Assembly: GCA_964291675.2 (NCBI GenBank) | Contig: OZ219866.1 | Span: 1,376,001-1,440,000 of the forward strand | Length of the DNA: 64,000 bases | Direction: 5' to 3' | Source of the DNA: Alphaproteobacteria bacterium | Lineage (GTDB): Bacteria; Pseudomonadota; Alphaproteobacteria; MPNO01 | In this document: one piece after another, positions 1-9,592 of the stretch | Position numbering within the stretch: position 1 is the first letter of the stretch | How the letters are laid out: every line of letters begins with the position of its first letter | Translations under genes and position numbers: made by a program | Notes under the pieces: model-generated | Seen by the model: the letters and a program-made list of their open reading frames with translations, nothing else | Told to the model about the DNA's origin: nothing | Databases searched by the model: none

Positions 1-1196
1 AGGGCGTCGGGAATGCCCGGCCCGCCATCGGCGACGGCGATCTCGACCCGCTCGTCCAGCCCGCGCGCGGCGATCGCGACGGTGCCGCCGCCCGGCGAGA
101 ACTTGATCGCGTTGTCGAGCAGATTGGCCAGCGCCTGGAACAACAGGTCGCGGTCTCCCCCGATCCGCCCGGCGCCGCCGGGCTCGGCGTCGAGCGCGAC
201 CCCGCGCTCCTCGGCGAGCGGCGCGTAGAGCTCGGCGACGTCGCTCACCAGCAGGTCGAGGTCGAAGGACTCGACCTGCCCGGTCTCGACCCCGGCCTCC
301 AGCCGGGCGATGCGCAGCAGCGAGTTGAACGTCTTGAGCAGCGCGTCGGCCTCCTCGATGGTGCGGCCGATGGCGCGGCGATAGGCGTCCTCGTCGGCGG
401 GCTCGGCGAGCGCCAGCTCGAGCCGGCTGCGCAGCCGCGCGAGCGGGCTTCTCAAATCGTGCGCGATGTTGTCGCTCACCTCGCGGACGCTGGCGACGAG
501 CTGCGCGATGCGGTCGAGCATGTCGTTGAGATTGGCCGCCAGCCGGTCGAACTCGTCGTCGGTGCCGCGCGCCGGGATGCGCCGGTCGAGCGCGCCGGCC
601 ATGATCTCCCGGCTGGCCTGGTTGATCGCGTCGATGCGGCGCAGCATGGGCCGGCTGACCAGCACGCCGCCGGCGATGCTGAGCACCAGCGCCAGCGCGA
701 TCCCCCAGCCGATGGATTCGCGGAACCGGGCGTCGATCTCCAGCCTCTCGCGGATATCGCGCCCGACCAGGAGGCGGAGCCCGCCGGTGAGCTCGAAGAT
801 GCGGGCGCGGCCGAGGTCCACCGCGCCGCGCCGGTCGGCGTATTCGAGCTCGAAGGTGATCCAGCCATCGGGGCCGGGTGCCTCGCGGGGCCAGGCGCTG
901 AGATTGCCGGCGAGCGGGCGCAGGCTCGAATCGGTCAGCAGATAGAGCCCGCGGCTCGCCCGCGCCCGCGCGGTGCGGCGGTTGAGCGCGCGCACCAGGC
1001 CGATCGTGCCGAACTGCGAATACTGCTCGCCGAGCCCGCGGATCTCGGCCTCGATCGCCGCGTCGGTCTGGCGCGCCATGAAGCCGGCGGTGGACCAGTA
1101 GAGAAACCCGACCAGGACGACCGCCGAGACGCCGAACAGCCCGAAATAGATCAGGGTGAGGCGGAACGTCGTGCTGCGCAGGAGCCTAGCGCGCAT
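1..1196 (-). CDS. Sensor histidine kinase (HAMP, HisKA, HATPase), 3' end runs off the window
   Basis: Translated by hand (absent from the ORF track): MRARLLRSTTFRLTLIY..., H-box DNIAHDLRSPL, N-box LANLLDNAIKF; downstream of the response regulator. Confidence 0.92.
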   Translation of the reverse strand, partial: MRARLLRSTTFRLTLIYFGLFGVSAVVLVGFLYWSTAGFMARQTDAAIEAEIRGLGEQYSQFGTIGLVRALNRRTARARASRGLYLLTDSSLRPLAGNLSAWPREAPGPDGWITFELEYADRRGAVDLGRARIFELTGGLRLLVGRDIRERLEIDARFRESIGWGIALALVLSIAGGVLVSRPMLRRIDAINQASREIMAGALDRRIPARGTDDEFDRLAANLNDMLDRIAQLVASVREVSDNIAHDLRSPLARLRSRLELALAEPADEDAYRRAIGRTIEEADALLKTFNSLLRIARLEAGVETGQVESFDLDLLVSDVAELYAPLAEERGVALDAEPGGAGRIGGDRDLLFQALANLLDNAIKFSPGGGTVAIAARGLDERVEIAVADGGPGIPDA

Positions 1197-1242
1197 GTCT
1201 TACCAACGACTCGCGAAGAGCCCGCGCCTCTGCGGCCGAGGC

Positions 1243-1350
1243 CGTCCTTCGATACGCCCCCTTCGGGGGCTACTCAGGATGAGGAGAGCTTGGAATGCCT
1301 TTAGAGACCCCCTCATCCCGAGTAGGCGCGAAGCGCCGTATCGAGGGACG
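1243..1350. repeat. Family A REP/RIME-like inverted repeat element, copy 1
   Basis: CGTCCTTCGATACG..CTACTCAGGATGAGG, spacer, CCTCATCCCGAGTAG..CGTATCGAGGGACG; same motif recurs across the window. Confidence 0.9.
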
Positions 1351-1386
1351 CCATGCCGCATCGGTTCCATCCAGGACGGCCAGGCT

Positions 1387-2067
1387 CTATCCCGGCTCCG
1401 CGCGGAGCCGGTATCCCGCGCCGCGCACGGTCTCGATGAGCGGGCTCGCGGCGCCGGCATCGACCTTGCGCCGCAGCCTGGAGATATGGACGTCGATGAC
1501 ATTGGTCTGCGGATCGAAGCGGTACTCCCATACGTTCTCCAGCAGCATGGTCCTTGTCACCACCCGACCGGCATTCCGCATCAGGCATTCGAGGAGCTGG
1601 AACTCGCGGCGCTGCAGCTCGATGCGCCGCCCGCCGCGGGCGACGCGGCGGGCGAGCAGGTCCATCTCCAGATCGCCCACCCGGAGCACCGTGTCCCGCA
1701 GCGGCGCCGCACCGCGCCGGAGCAGCGCATCGACCCGGGCGCGCAGCTCGGAGAAGGCGAAGGGCTTGACCAGGTAGTCGTCGGCGCCGGCCCTGAGCCC
1801 GGCCACCCGGTCCCCGACCTCGCCCTTGGCGCTGAGGAACAGCACCGGGGTCTTGCGCCCGGCGCTCCGCATCGCCTCGACGATGGCGATCCCGTCGAGC
1901 TCGGGCAGCATGCGGTCGACCACCGCCACGTCGTAGTCGGTGCCGAGCGCCAGCACCAGCCCGTCGCGCCCGTCATGCGCCACGTCCACCGCGAAGCCGC
2001 CCTCGGAGAGCCCCTTGGCGATGAAGCCCGCGGTCTCGGCGTCGTCTTCGATGATCAATGCGCGCAT
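1387..2067 (-). CDS. OmpR/PhoB-family response regulator
   Basis: Receiver domain (IIEDD, VVDRMLP, GADDYLVKPF) and winged helix (TNVIDVHISRLRRK, TVRGAGY). Confidence 0.96.
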   Translation of the reverse strand: MRALIIEDDAETAGFIAKGLSEGGFAVDVAHDGRDGLVLALGTDYDVAVVDRMLPELDGIAIVEAMRSAGRKTPVLFLSAKGEVGDRVAGLRAGADDYLVKPFAFSELRARVDALLRRGAAPLRDTVLRVGDLEMDLLARRVARGGRRIELQRREFQLLECLMRNAGRVVTRTMLLENVWEYRFDPQTNVIDVHISRLRRKVDAGAASPLIETVRGAGYRLRAEPG

Positions 2068-2145
2068 GGCGGGACCGGCACGGCCGAAAGGCAGGAGCCG
2101 GGACCGCCCGCGCGGCCCCGGCCCCGACCGTCAGACCCTGCTACT

Positions 2146-3651
2146 CTACGCGTCGGCGAAGCGGACCGCCACGATGCGATCCTCGCCCTTGCGGTCGATG
2201 GTCAGCAGCACCGCCTTGCGGCCGTCCTTGCGGACCTGCTCGACCGCCTTGGCCGCCTCGGCGGCGGAGCCGACCGGGGTGTAGGTGACGCGCTCGATCA
2301 CGTCGCCCGCCCGGATGCCGCGCGCCCAGGCCGGGCTGTCGCTCTCGACATGGCGGATCAGGGCGCCCTTGGCCGCCTCGTCGAGCCCGAAGCGGGACCG
2401 CGCGGCGGGGTCGATATCGGCCACCGTGATGCCGGTGCCGGCGAGCCCCTCCCTGGCGGGCTTGGCGGGCGCGCTCGCCATCTTCTGCGCGGTCGGCATC
2501 AGCCCGGTGGTGACCTTGAGCGTCATCGGCTTGCCCTCGCGAAGGATCGCGAGCTCGACGACCTTGCCCGCCTCGGTGCCGGCGACGAGGCGCGGCAGGT
2601 CGCGGAACTTCTCGACCGCGGCGCCGTCCCACTTGGCGATGATGTCGCCCTGCTTGAGGCCGGCGTCGCGCGCCGGGCCGGTCTCGACCACCGAGGCGAC
2701 CAGCGCGCCGGTCGCGTCCTTCATGCCGAGGCTCTCGGCGATGTCCGGCGTGACCGGCTGGATCTGCACGCCGAGCCAGCCGCGCTCGATCTTGCCGTCG
2801 GCCTTGAGCGCGGCGATCACCCGCCTGGCGTCGTTCGACGGGATGGCGAAGCCGATGCCGACATTGCCGCCGGTGGGCGAGTAGATCGAGGCGTTGACGC
2901 CGATCACCTTGCCGGTCGCGTCGAAGGCGGGTCCGCCGGAATTGCCCTGGTTGATCGGCGCGTCGATCTGCAGGAAGTCGACCAGCGAGCCGCCCCTGAG
3001 ATCGCGTCCCCGCGCCGACACGATGCCGGCGGTCACCGAGCCGCCGAGGCCGAACGGGTTGCCGATGGTCATCACCCAGTCGCCGGCGCGGATGCGGTCG
3101 GAGTCGCCGAACTCGACGAAGGGAAGCGGCCGGCCGGCGTCGATCTTGAGCAGCGCGAGGTCGGTCTTGGCGTCGCCGCCGACCAGCTTGGCGTCGAAGG
3201 TGTCGCCGTCATGCAGGCGGACGCGGATCGAGCGCGCGCCGGCGACCACGTGGTTGTTGGTCACCACATGGCCGTCCTTATCCACGATGAAGCCGGAGCC
3301 CACGGCCGACATGCGGTGGTCGGGGCGCATCGGCCCGCCGAAGCGGAAGTCCGGCATGGACCGACCGAAGAAGCGCTCCATGAACTCGCGGAACTGCCCC
3401 TCGGGCCGGTTGGAGAAGGGGCTGAACTCGGGCATCTGCCCGGGCTTTTCGAGCATCGCCGGGGCGGTGCCGCGGTCGGTCGCGATATTGACCACGGCGG
3501 GTCCGACGCGGGCGGCGATGTCGGCGAAGCTCTCCGGCGCCGGGCGCGCATGCGCGATGCCGGACGCCGCGGTCGCCATCGCCGCGGCCAGCGCGCCGGG
3601 CAGGATCACCCGGTGCAGGACACGCTTGTCGAGCGTCAATGAGGCAGTCAT
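2146..3651 (-). CDS. degP: DegP/DegQ (HtrA) periplasmic serine protease with two PDZ domains
   Basis: Signal peptide, GSGFIV, TNNHVV, GNSGGP catalytic motif, RGWLGVQIQ. Confidence 0.93.
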   Translation of the reverse strand: MTASLTLDKRVLHRVILPGALAAAMATAASGIAHARPAPESFADIAARVGPAVVNIATDRGTAPAMLEKPGQMPEFSPFSNRPEGQFREFMERFFGRSMPDFRFGGPMRPDHRMSAVGSGFIVDKDGHVVTNNHVVAGARSIRVRLHDGDTFDAKLVGGDAKTDLALLKIDAGRPLPFVEFGDSDRIRAGDWVMTIGNPFGLGGSVTAGIVSARGRDLRGGSLVDFLQIDAPINQGNSGGPAFDATGKVIGVNASIYSPTGGNVGIGFAIPSNDARRVIAALKADGKIERGWLGVQIQPVTPDIAESLGMKDATGALVASVVETGPARDAGLKQGDIIAKWDGAAVEKFRDLPRLVAGTEAGKVVELAILREGKPMTLKVTTGLMPTAQKMASAPAKPAREGLAGTGITVADIDPAARSRFGLDEAAKGALIRHVESDSPAWARGIRAGDVIERVTYTPVGSAAEAAKAVEQVRKDGRKAVLLTIDRKGEDRIVAVRFADA

Positions 3652-3740
3652 GGCTTACTCTCCCGAATTTGTCGTCGCCCGAGAGATAGCGCAGCCGCCT
3701 GAAGCGGGTCTTACCGGAACATGAAACTTGCGTAAGGTGG

Positions 3741-3836
3741 GCCCTTCGATACGCCCCCTTCGGGGGCTACTCAGGATGAGGGCGCAATGAAAGATCCTCA
3801 TCCCGAGTAGGCGCGCCAGCGCCGTATCGAGGGACG
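3741..3836. repeat. Family A inverted repeat element, copy 2; overlaps the amidohydrolase 3' end
   Basis: GCCCTTCGATACG...CTACTCAGGATGAGG / CCTCATCCCGAGTAG...GTATCGAGGGACG. Confidence 0.9.
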
Positions 3837-5347
3837 CCGACATAGCGCTCCATGCCGATATCGGTCTCCCAGCTCTTGCGCCAGGCCTCGGCGAGCCAGG
3901 GGCGGAGGGTCTCGAACCGGGCGGCGACCTCGCGCTGGTCGGCGCGCAGGCCGCCGATGACCGCCTCGACGGAGCGGGCCAGCGCATCGGCGTCGATGGT
4001 CGCGAGCCTGCCGCCCTCGACCACCACCCGGCCCTCGACGATCGCGGTGTCCAGCGCCGAGCCGGTCTCGGTATAGACCATCTGGCGGGCGGCGCTGTTG
4101 AGCGGCAAGAGCGTCGGCCGGTCGAGGTCGTAGAGGCAGAGATCGGCCCGCATGCCGGGGGCGATGGCGCCGATCTCGCCGGCAAGCCCGACCGCCGCCG
4201 CCCCGCCGAGCGTGGCCGCGCGCAGCGCCTCGGCCGCGTCCGGCGTCTCCAGCGCGATGTCGCTGATCGCCGCCAGCCCGCAGAACAGCTTCATCGCCTG
4301 GAACATGTTCTGCACGTCGGAGCAGGCGCAGTTGTCGCAGCCGAGCGCGATCCCGACCCCGGCCTCGCGGTAGTGCCGGATCGGGGCGACGCCCGACTTG
4401 GACTTCATGTTGCTCGCCGGGTTGAGCACCACCCGCCCGCCGGCCTCGGCGAGCGCATCGATCTCGCCGCGGGTGAACCAGATCGAGTGGGCCAGCGCGA
4501 GCCTCGGGCCGAGCAGCCCGCAGGCGCGCATGTACTCGATCTGCGAGCCGCCATGCGCGCCGAGATGGGTGCGCGAGGCGATCACCTCGGGGCGCGATTC
4601 GTACATGTGGCTCAGCACCGGGAGCTCGTGCCGGTCGGACAGCTCGGCGATGCCGGTCAGCAGCTCGGGCGAGGACATGATCGCGCTGGTCGGGCCGAGC
4701 GCCCAGGAGAAACGCTCGCGGACCAGCCCGACCCGCTCGATCTGCCGGCGCACCGTCTCCAGCGGGGGCTCGCCGCCGACGCCGATCGGCGAGCCGAGCC
4801 AGGCGTGGTACGTCTCGGGCACCAGCTCGCGCCAATGCGGGATGCGGTCGACCGCGCGCCGGTCGCCGATCTGGAGCGAGAGCACGGTGCGGATGCCGGC
4901 CTCGTCATAGGCGTCGAGCACGGCATCGAGCAGCGAGTCGTCGAACGGGTAGAGCGTCGCCATGTCCTGCACGGTGGTGATGCCGGCGAGCAGGCATTCG
5001 GCGGCGCCCAGCAGGGTGCGGGCGCGCACCTCTTCGGCGCTCCGCATCGGGTATTGCGGCGGCAGCGCGTTGACGAACCACATTTGCAGCGGCATCGGCT
5101 CGAAGATGCCCTTGAGCAGCACGTCGTGCGAGTGGTAGTGGGCGTTGACGAAGCCGGGGACGACGAGCCGGCGGCTGGCGTCGATCGTCCTGTCGGGTAC
5201 GGCGTCGCCGAGCGCGGCGCGCAGATCCGGCTCGACGCGGGCGATCCGCGCCCCCTCGATCAGGATGTCGCGCGCCGCCGGGCGGTCGGTATCGCCGTCG
5301 TGGTCGTAGACCAGCCCGCCCTCGACGAGAATCCGGGTCTCCGCCAT
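3767..5347 (-). CDS. Metal-dependent amidohydrolase (AtzA/TrzA/MTA-SAH deaminase-like)
   Basis: PGFVNAHYHS, SHMYES, LAHSIW, LGCD motifs; last ~25 aa are encoded by the family A repeat. Confidence 0.9.
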   Translation of the reverse strand: MAETRILVEGGLVYDHDGDTDRPAARDILIEGARIARVEPDLRAALGDAVPDRTIDASRRLVVPGFVNAHYHSHDVLLKGIFEPMPLQMWFVNALPPQYPMRSAEEVRARTLLGAAECLLAGITTVQDMATLYPFDDSLLDAVLDAYDEAGIRTVLSLQIGDRRAVDRIPHWRELVPETYHAWLGSPIGVGGEPPLETVRRQIERVGLVRERFSWALGPTSAIMSSPELLTGIAELSDRHELPVLSHMYESRPEVIASRTHLGAHGGSQIEYMRACGLLGPRLALAHSIWFTRGEIDALAEAGGRVVLNPASNMKSKSGVAPIRHYREAGVGIALGCDNCACSDVQNMFQAMKLFCGLAAISDIALETPDAAEALRAATLGGAAAVGLAGEIGAIAPGMRADLCLYDLDRPTLLPLNSAARQMVYTETGSALDTAIVEGRVVVEGGRLATIDADALARSVEAVIGGLRADQREVAARFETLRPWLAEAWRKSWETDIGMERYVGVPRYGAGAPTRDEDLSLRPHPE

Positions 5348-5351
5348 GCCC

Positions 5352-5783
5352 TCAGCCGCGCACGATGTAGTCGCGCAGCGCGTCCGCCTCGGCCATCACC
5401 CCGTCGATGCGGCTCTTGACCACGTCGCCGATGCTGACGATGCCGATCAGCCTGCCGTCCTCGACCACCGGCAGATGGCGGAATCTGCGGTCTGTCATCA
5501 GCGCCAGGATCTCGCGGTCGCCGTCGCCGGGCGCGCAGGTCTCGACCGGGCTCGCCATGCAGTCCTCGACGAGGCAGTCGAGGAAGGCCGCGCCCCGCTC
5601 GGCGAGGCCGCGCACGATGTCGCGCTCGGAGACGATGCCGACCAGAGCGCCCTCCTCGTCGGTCACCACCAGCGCGCCGATCATGCGCTCGGCGAGCTCG
5701 GCCACCGCGGCGGCGATGGTGGTGCGGGGCGGCACGGTCGCGACCTCGCTGCCCTTGGCCCGGAGAATCCCGCGCACATCCAT
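5352..5783 (-). CDS. CBS-domain pair protein
   Basis: MDVRGILRAKG..., GIVSERDIVR, RFRHLPVV, GIVSIGDVVK; start chosen at ATG 5783 after GGGAGG. Confidence 0.92.
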   Translation of the reverse strand: MDVRGILRAKGSEVATVPPRTTIAAAVAELAERMIGALVVTDEEGALVGIVSERDIVRGLAERGAAFLDCLVEDCMASPVETCAPGDGDREILALMTDRRFRHLPVVEDGRLIGIVSIGDVVKSRIDGVMAEADALRDYIVRG

Positions 5784-5915
5784 GATCGCCTCCCTGCAAA
5801 TCCGACACGCCGATGGTGGAAATATCGGGCCGCCGGCGCCCCGAGTCCAGACGCGGCAGGTCCAGACGCCGCGGCGGGTGACACGGCGCCCGCATTGGCG
5901 TTGAATGGGGACGCC

Positions 5916-6593
5916 TTGGCCCAGAGCATCACATTGACCGCCACGGACGGGCACGCGCTCGATGCCTGGCACGCCGCGCCCGCGCGGCCTGCGGGCGGCA
6001 TCGTCGTGCTGCACGCGATCTACGGCCTGACCCCGCACATGGCGGATGTCTGCGACCTCTACGCGGAGGCCGGGATCGCGGCCATCGCGCCCGCCCTCTA
6101 CGACCGCTCGGGCCGCAACATCGTGTTCGGCTACGGCGCGGACGGGCGCGAAGCCGGCATGGCGCAGCGCGAGACCCTCGCCGAGGCGATGGTGCTGATG
6201 GATGTCGAGGCCGCGCTCGCGGCGCTGCGCGCGGCCGGGAAGGTGGCGGTGCAGGGGTTCTGCACCGGCGGCACCTGGGCGTGGATCGCCGCCGCCCGCC
6301 TCGCCGTCGACGCGGCGGTGATCTATTACGGCAGCGACGTCGATGCCCATCTCGGCCTCGCCCCGTCCTGCCCGGCGATCCTGCATTACGGCGACCGCGA
6401 CGCGGTGGTCCCGTTCGACCGGGTCGAGGCGATCCGCGCCGCCCATCCGGGGCTCGACTTCCACGTCTATCCCGGCGCCGACCACGCCTTCTTCAACCCC
6501 GAGCAGCCGAGCCACGACGAAGCGGCGGCGACCGCCGCGCACCGGCGCACGCTCGCCTTCCTGCGGGCCCGGTTCGGCGAGGCCGGGGGATGA
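5916..6593 (+). CDS. Dienelactone hydrolase family protein
   Basis: GFCTGG nucleophile motif, HYGDRD, YPGADHAF; TTG start assumed. Confidence 0.9.
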   Translation: MAQSITLTATDGHALDAWHAAPARPAGGIVVLHAIYGLTPHMADVCDLYAEAGIAAIAPALYDRSGRNIVFGYGADGREAGMAQRETLAEAMVLMDVEAALAALRAAGKVAVQGFCTGGTWAWIAAARLAVDAAVIYYGSDVDAHLGLAPSCPAILHYGDRDAVVPFDRVEAIRAAHPGLDFHVYPGADHAFFNPEQPSHDEAAATAAHRRTLAFLRARFGEAGG

Positions 6594-6610
6594 GCGGGGC
6601 GGCGAAGCGA

Positions 6611-7162
6611 TCAGGCGGATAGCGGCCGGTGGCGCCCGACCGACTGGGCGTACGCCGCCTGGCTGATCCAGTTGGCCAGCCTGAGGCGGAGCCAGGGGAT
6701 CGCGGGGCGGGGCCGGTCGTCTCCGAGAGAGCGCAGCAGCTCGTAGTGGCACAGCACGTTCAGAAGGTGGAGCACGGGAGGCTCGCTCGCCTCGATGCGC
6801 AGACGCTCGCGGGTCAGCTCCTCACGCTCCGCATCTTCGAGGTCGCGGCCATGCGCGAACTTCTGCTCCAGGGCGATGAACTGTCGCGCCAGGTCGCCGT
6901 GCTGGTCGGCGCGCTTCCCGGTGCCGACCGACAGGTCGATGGCGCCCAGCACCGCGACCGCGCCGGAAAACGCCACGGGCAGCCATTCCCAGGCCGGCTG
7001 CGAGAGGAACGCGGCCACCGCCGAGGAGCCTCCGACCGTCGCCGCTGCGACGGTCATGCAGTTCCAGATCTCGTAGAACCGGCGCCGCCGGTCGTGATAG
7101 CGGACCGAGCGCCGGACGCCGAAGAGGAGATCGTAGGTCCTGTCGTCAAGACTTTCGGTCAT
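6611..7162 (-). CDS. Two-TM hypothetical protein, SLATT-like effector
   Basis: LLFGVRRSVRYHDRRRRFY, two hydrophobic helices, HGDLARQFIALE, IEASEPP; family assigned from architecture. Confidence 0.6.
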   Translation of the reverse strand: MTESLDDRTYDLLFGVRRSVRYHDRRRRFYEIWNCMTVAAATVGGSSAVAAFLSQPAWEWLPVAFSGAVAVLGAIDLSVGTGKRADQHGDLARQFIALEQKFAHGRDLEDAEREELTRERLRIEASEPPVLHLLNVLCHYELLRSLGDDRPRPAIPWLRLRLANWISQAAYAQSVGRHRPLSA

Positions 7163-7367
7163 CGGGCTTCCCGGGGGTCTCCCTGGGCTTCGGTGGGCGC
7201 ACGGAGCGCTCGGGTGCGAGACTGTCCCTGACCTCGGCGGATCTCGCCGAACCGTGTTCTGTTGCCCGGTCGGGACACCCATCCTGCCATTTCTCCGGGA
7301 CCGCCTTTCCGTCCTTGTCCGCCTTGCTGGTCTTCCGATTCCGATCTTCCGGACCTTCGTTTCCCAT
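7146..7367 (-). CDS. Small hydrophilic, Pro-rich hypothetical peptide upstream of the SLATT-like gene
   Basis: MGNEGPEDRNRK...PPKPRETPGKPDDRKS; stop overlaps the start region of the next gene. Confidence 0.35.
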   Translation of the reverse strand: MGNEGPEDRNRKTSKADKDGKAVPEKWQDGCPDRATEHGSARSAEVRDSLAPERSVRPPKPRETPGKPDDRKS

Positions 7368-7481
7368 ACAAGACGATCCGTACGCTTCCTGTCGCGGACT
7401 GGACACAACCGATCCCAAGCGCGTCACTATGGCAAAATGTAGCACACCGGCTGCCCGCCGCACGCCTTCTGGTTGATAAAC

Positions 7482-8915
7482 ATGAACGCCGATCCCGCAA
7501 CCAGAGATTCGGAGCGAAGCGAGCGCACCGGCTGGCTCGAGCTGGTGCGCGGCGGGCGGGGGGTGTTCACGGTGCTGCTCAACCTCGCGGTGATCGTGCA
7601 CGGGGTGAACACCTTCGTGCTGTCGACCGTGATGCCCTCGGTGATCGCCGATATCGGCGGCGCGGCGTATTACGCCTGGCCGGCGATGGTCTATCTGATC
7701 GGCACCATCGTCGGCGCCTCGGGCGGCGCGCCGGTCCGCGCGGCGCTCGGCAGGCGCCGCGGCTATGTGGCGTCGGGGCTGGTGTTCGTCGCCGGCAGCG
7801 CGGTCGCGGCGCTGGCGCCGTCGATGGCGATCCTCCTCGCGGGCCAGCTCCTGCAGGGGTTCGGCGGCGGGCTGCTGCTATCGCAGTCGATGGCCCTGGT
7901 GCGCGAGATCTATCACGGCGCGCTGCGCGGCCGGGCGCTCGCGGTGATCAACGCGGCCTGGGTCGCGGCGGCGATGATCGGCCCGGCCGAGGCCGGGTTC
8001 TTCGCCGCGATCGACTGGTGGCGGGGCGCGTTCTGGGCGGCGATCCCGGTCGCCGCCCTGGTCTGCGCCCTCGCCTGGCGCTATGTCGGGGCGTCCGGCG
8101 ATCCCGGCAGGCGCTCGGGCTTCCCGCTGCGCAGGCTGGCGCTGATCGCCGCGGCGGTGATGTGCGTCGCCGCGGCGGGGCAGATCGACTCGGTGCCGGC
8201 GGGGATCGCGCTGGTCATCGCCGCCTGCCTGCTGGTGCGGTTCACGCTCGGGCTCGACGCGCGATCCGACAACCCGATCTACCCGAGGCGCGCGCTGTCG
8301 CCGTTCGCCGATATCGGCGCCGCCTACTGGATGTTCATGATGCTCGCTTTCACCCAGGTGGCGCCGGCGATCTTCCTGCCGCTGCTGCTGGGCGTGCTGC
8401 ACGACGTGCCGGCGCTGTGGCTCGGCTACTACAACATGCTGATGTCGATCGCCTGGTCGGCGGGCTCGCTCGCGGTCGCCCATGTGACCCATCGCGGCAC
8501 GACGCGGTGGGCGATCCTCGCGGGCTTCGCGATCTCGACAATCGGGCTCGCCGGCATGGCGGCGGGCGTGGCCGCGCATCCGCTGTGGCTGCTGGCAATC
8601 TGGTCGATCGTCATCGGGTTCGGGATCGGGGTCTCCAACGTGCTCGCGATCACCTGGACGATGTCGATCGCGGCCAGGGGCGAGGAGAGCCTCGCCGCCT
8701 CGGCGATCCCGGCGCTGCGCTCGCTCGGGCTCGCCTTCGGCGCGGCGGCGACCGGGCTGGTCGCCAACGCCGCCGGGCTCGGCGACGCCACCGATCCCGG
8801 CAACGTCACCCGCGCGCTCACCGCCGTGTTCGCGTTCTGCGCGCTGGCGCCCGCGGTGGGGCTCGTGATGACCGTGCTCTCCTTCGCGGCGAATGCCAGG
8901 CGCGTCAGCGGATGA
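7482..8915 (+). CDS. MFS transporter (DHA2-like)
   Basis: Many TM helices, TVMPSVIADIGG, GQLLQGFGGG. Confidence 0.92.
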   Translation: MNADPATRDSERSERTGWLELVRGGRGVFTVLLNLAVIVHGVNTFVLSTVMPSVIADIGGAAYYAWPAMVYLIGTIVGASGGAPVRAALGRRRGYVASGLVFVAGSAVAALAPSMAILLAGQLLQGFGGGLLLSQSMALVREIYHGALRGRALAVINAAWVAAAMIGPAEAGFFAAIDWWRGAFWAAIPVAALVCALAWRYVGASGDPGRRSGFPLRRLALIAAAVMCVAAAGQIDSVPAGIALVIAACLLVRFTLGLDARSDNPIYPRRALSPFADIGAAYWMFMMLAFTQVAPAIFLPLLLGVLHDVPALWLGYYNMLMSIAWSAGSLAVAHVTHRGTTRWAILAGFAISTIGLAGMAAGVAAHPLWLLAIWSIVIGFGIGVSNVLAITWTMSIAARGEESLAASAIPALRSLGLAFGAAATGLVANAAGLGDATDPGNVTRALTAVFAFCALAPAVGLVMTVLSFAANARRVSG

Positions 8916-8932
8916 GCGTCCCGCCGCGGCGC
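8826..8932 (+). repeat. 107-bp direct repeat, left copy, flanking islet 1
   Basis: Matches 10404-10510 with 3 mismatches. Confidence 0.95.
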
Positions 8933-9150
8933 AACGCTCCCACGCCGTTTCGGCCGGAGCCGTGCCCAGCGCGGCGGAGCGGAGACTCTAACGGACTTAA
9001 GTAGAGATCCCGCGGGCGAACCCGGCTGACGAGGAGTCCGGCGCTTCACGGAGGCGCGACGGCCTCTGTTGCCGGGGTAGCGTCATGCCTATATCGTGCG
9101 ATGGAATGCGATGAGTGTCCATGGGATTCGCTGAGCTAGGGAGGCGAGCT

Positions 9151-9330
9151 ATGGGAAAGCCTACCGGCGGAACGCCGTCGGCCACGCACCTGCCGACCCA
9201 GGCCGAGATGGAGCGAATGATCGTCTTCGACGGCACGCCTCACGAGATCTCAACTGCTGTGCTGCGCGGTGGTGCAGTGGGCGGAGAACCTGCGATCTTC
9301 CGAAACGCGGATCCAAAAAAAGTCGGCTGA
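9151..9330 (+). CDS. Small hypothetical protein (islet 1)
   Basis: GGGAGG RBS before ATG 9151; 59 aa. Confidence 0.4.
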   Translation: MGKPTGGTPSATHLPTQAEMERMIVFDGTPHEISTAVLRGGAVGGEPAIFRNADPKKVG

Positions 9331-9340
9331 GGGCGTTCAG

Positions 9341-9592
9341 ATGGCATATCGCAAGAGTAGGCCCCACCCTCAGACTGGGGAGCTACAAAATGGCACCGTA
9401 CTGGAAGTCGTCGATTCTAGCGAGCCGATGATTCGTCTCAAGCTGGAGGACGGAACGCTCGTCCGAATGAAGATATCGATCATCGAGATCATGCGAATGG
9501 ATGAACCGGGTACGGACGGAAAGACCGCCTACGACATCAACGCGAGTTTGGCAGCGACCTTCGTTTCACCGGAGGAGCTGCTGGATGATTGA
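9341..9592 (+). CDS. Hypothetical protein (islet 1)
   Basis: MAYRKSRPHP...IRLKLEDGTLVRMK; globular-looking; stop overlaps the next start. Confidence 0.65.
   Translation: MAYRKSRPHPQTGELQNGTVLEVVDSSEPMIRLKLEDGTLVRMKISIIEIMRMDEPGTDGKTAYDINASLAATFVSPEELLDD

Noticed and set aside
3700-3737. Possible response-regulator box upstream of degP (CTTAC..GTAAG)
   Set aside because: Plausible but too degenerate to support from one instance.
5846-5872. Short tandem duplication of GTCCAGACGC
   Set aside because: Two copies of a 10-mer in an intergenic region; no further support for function.
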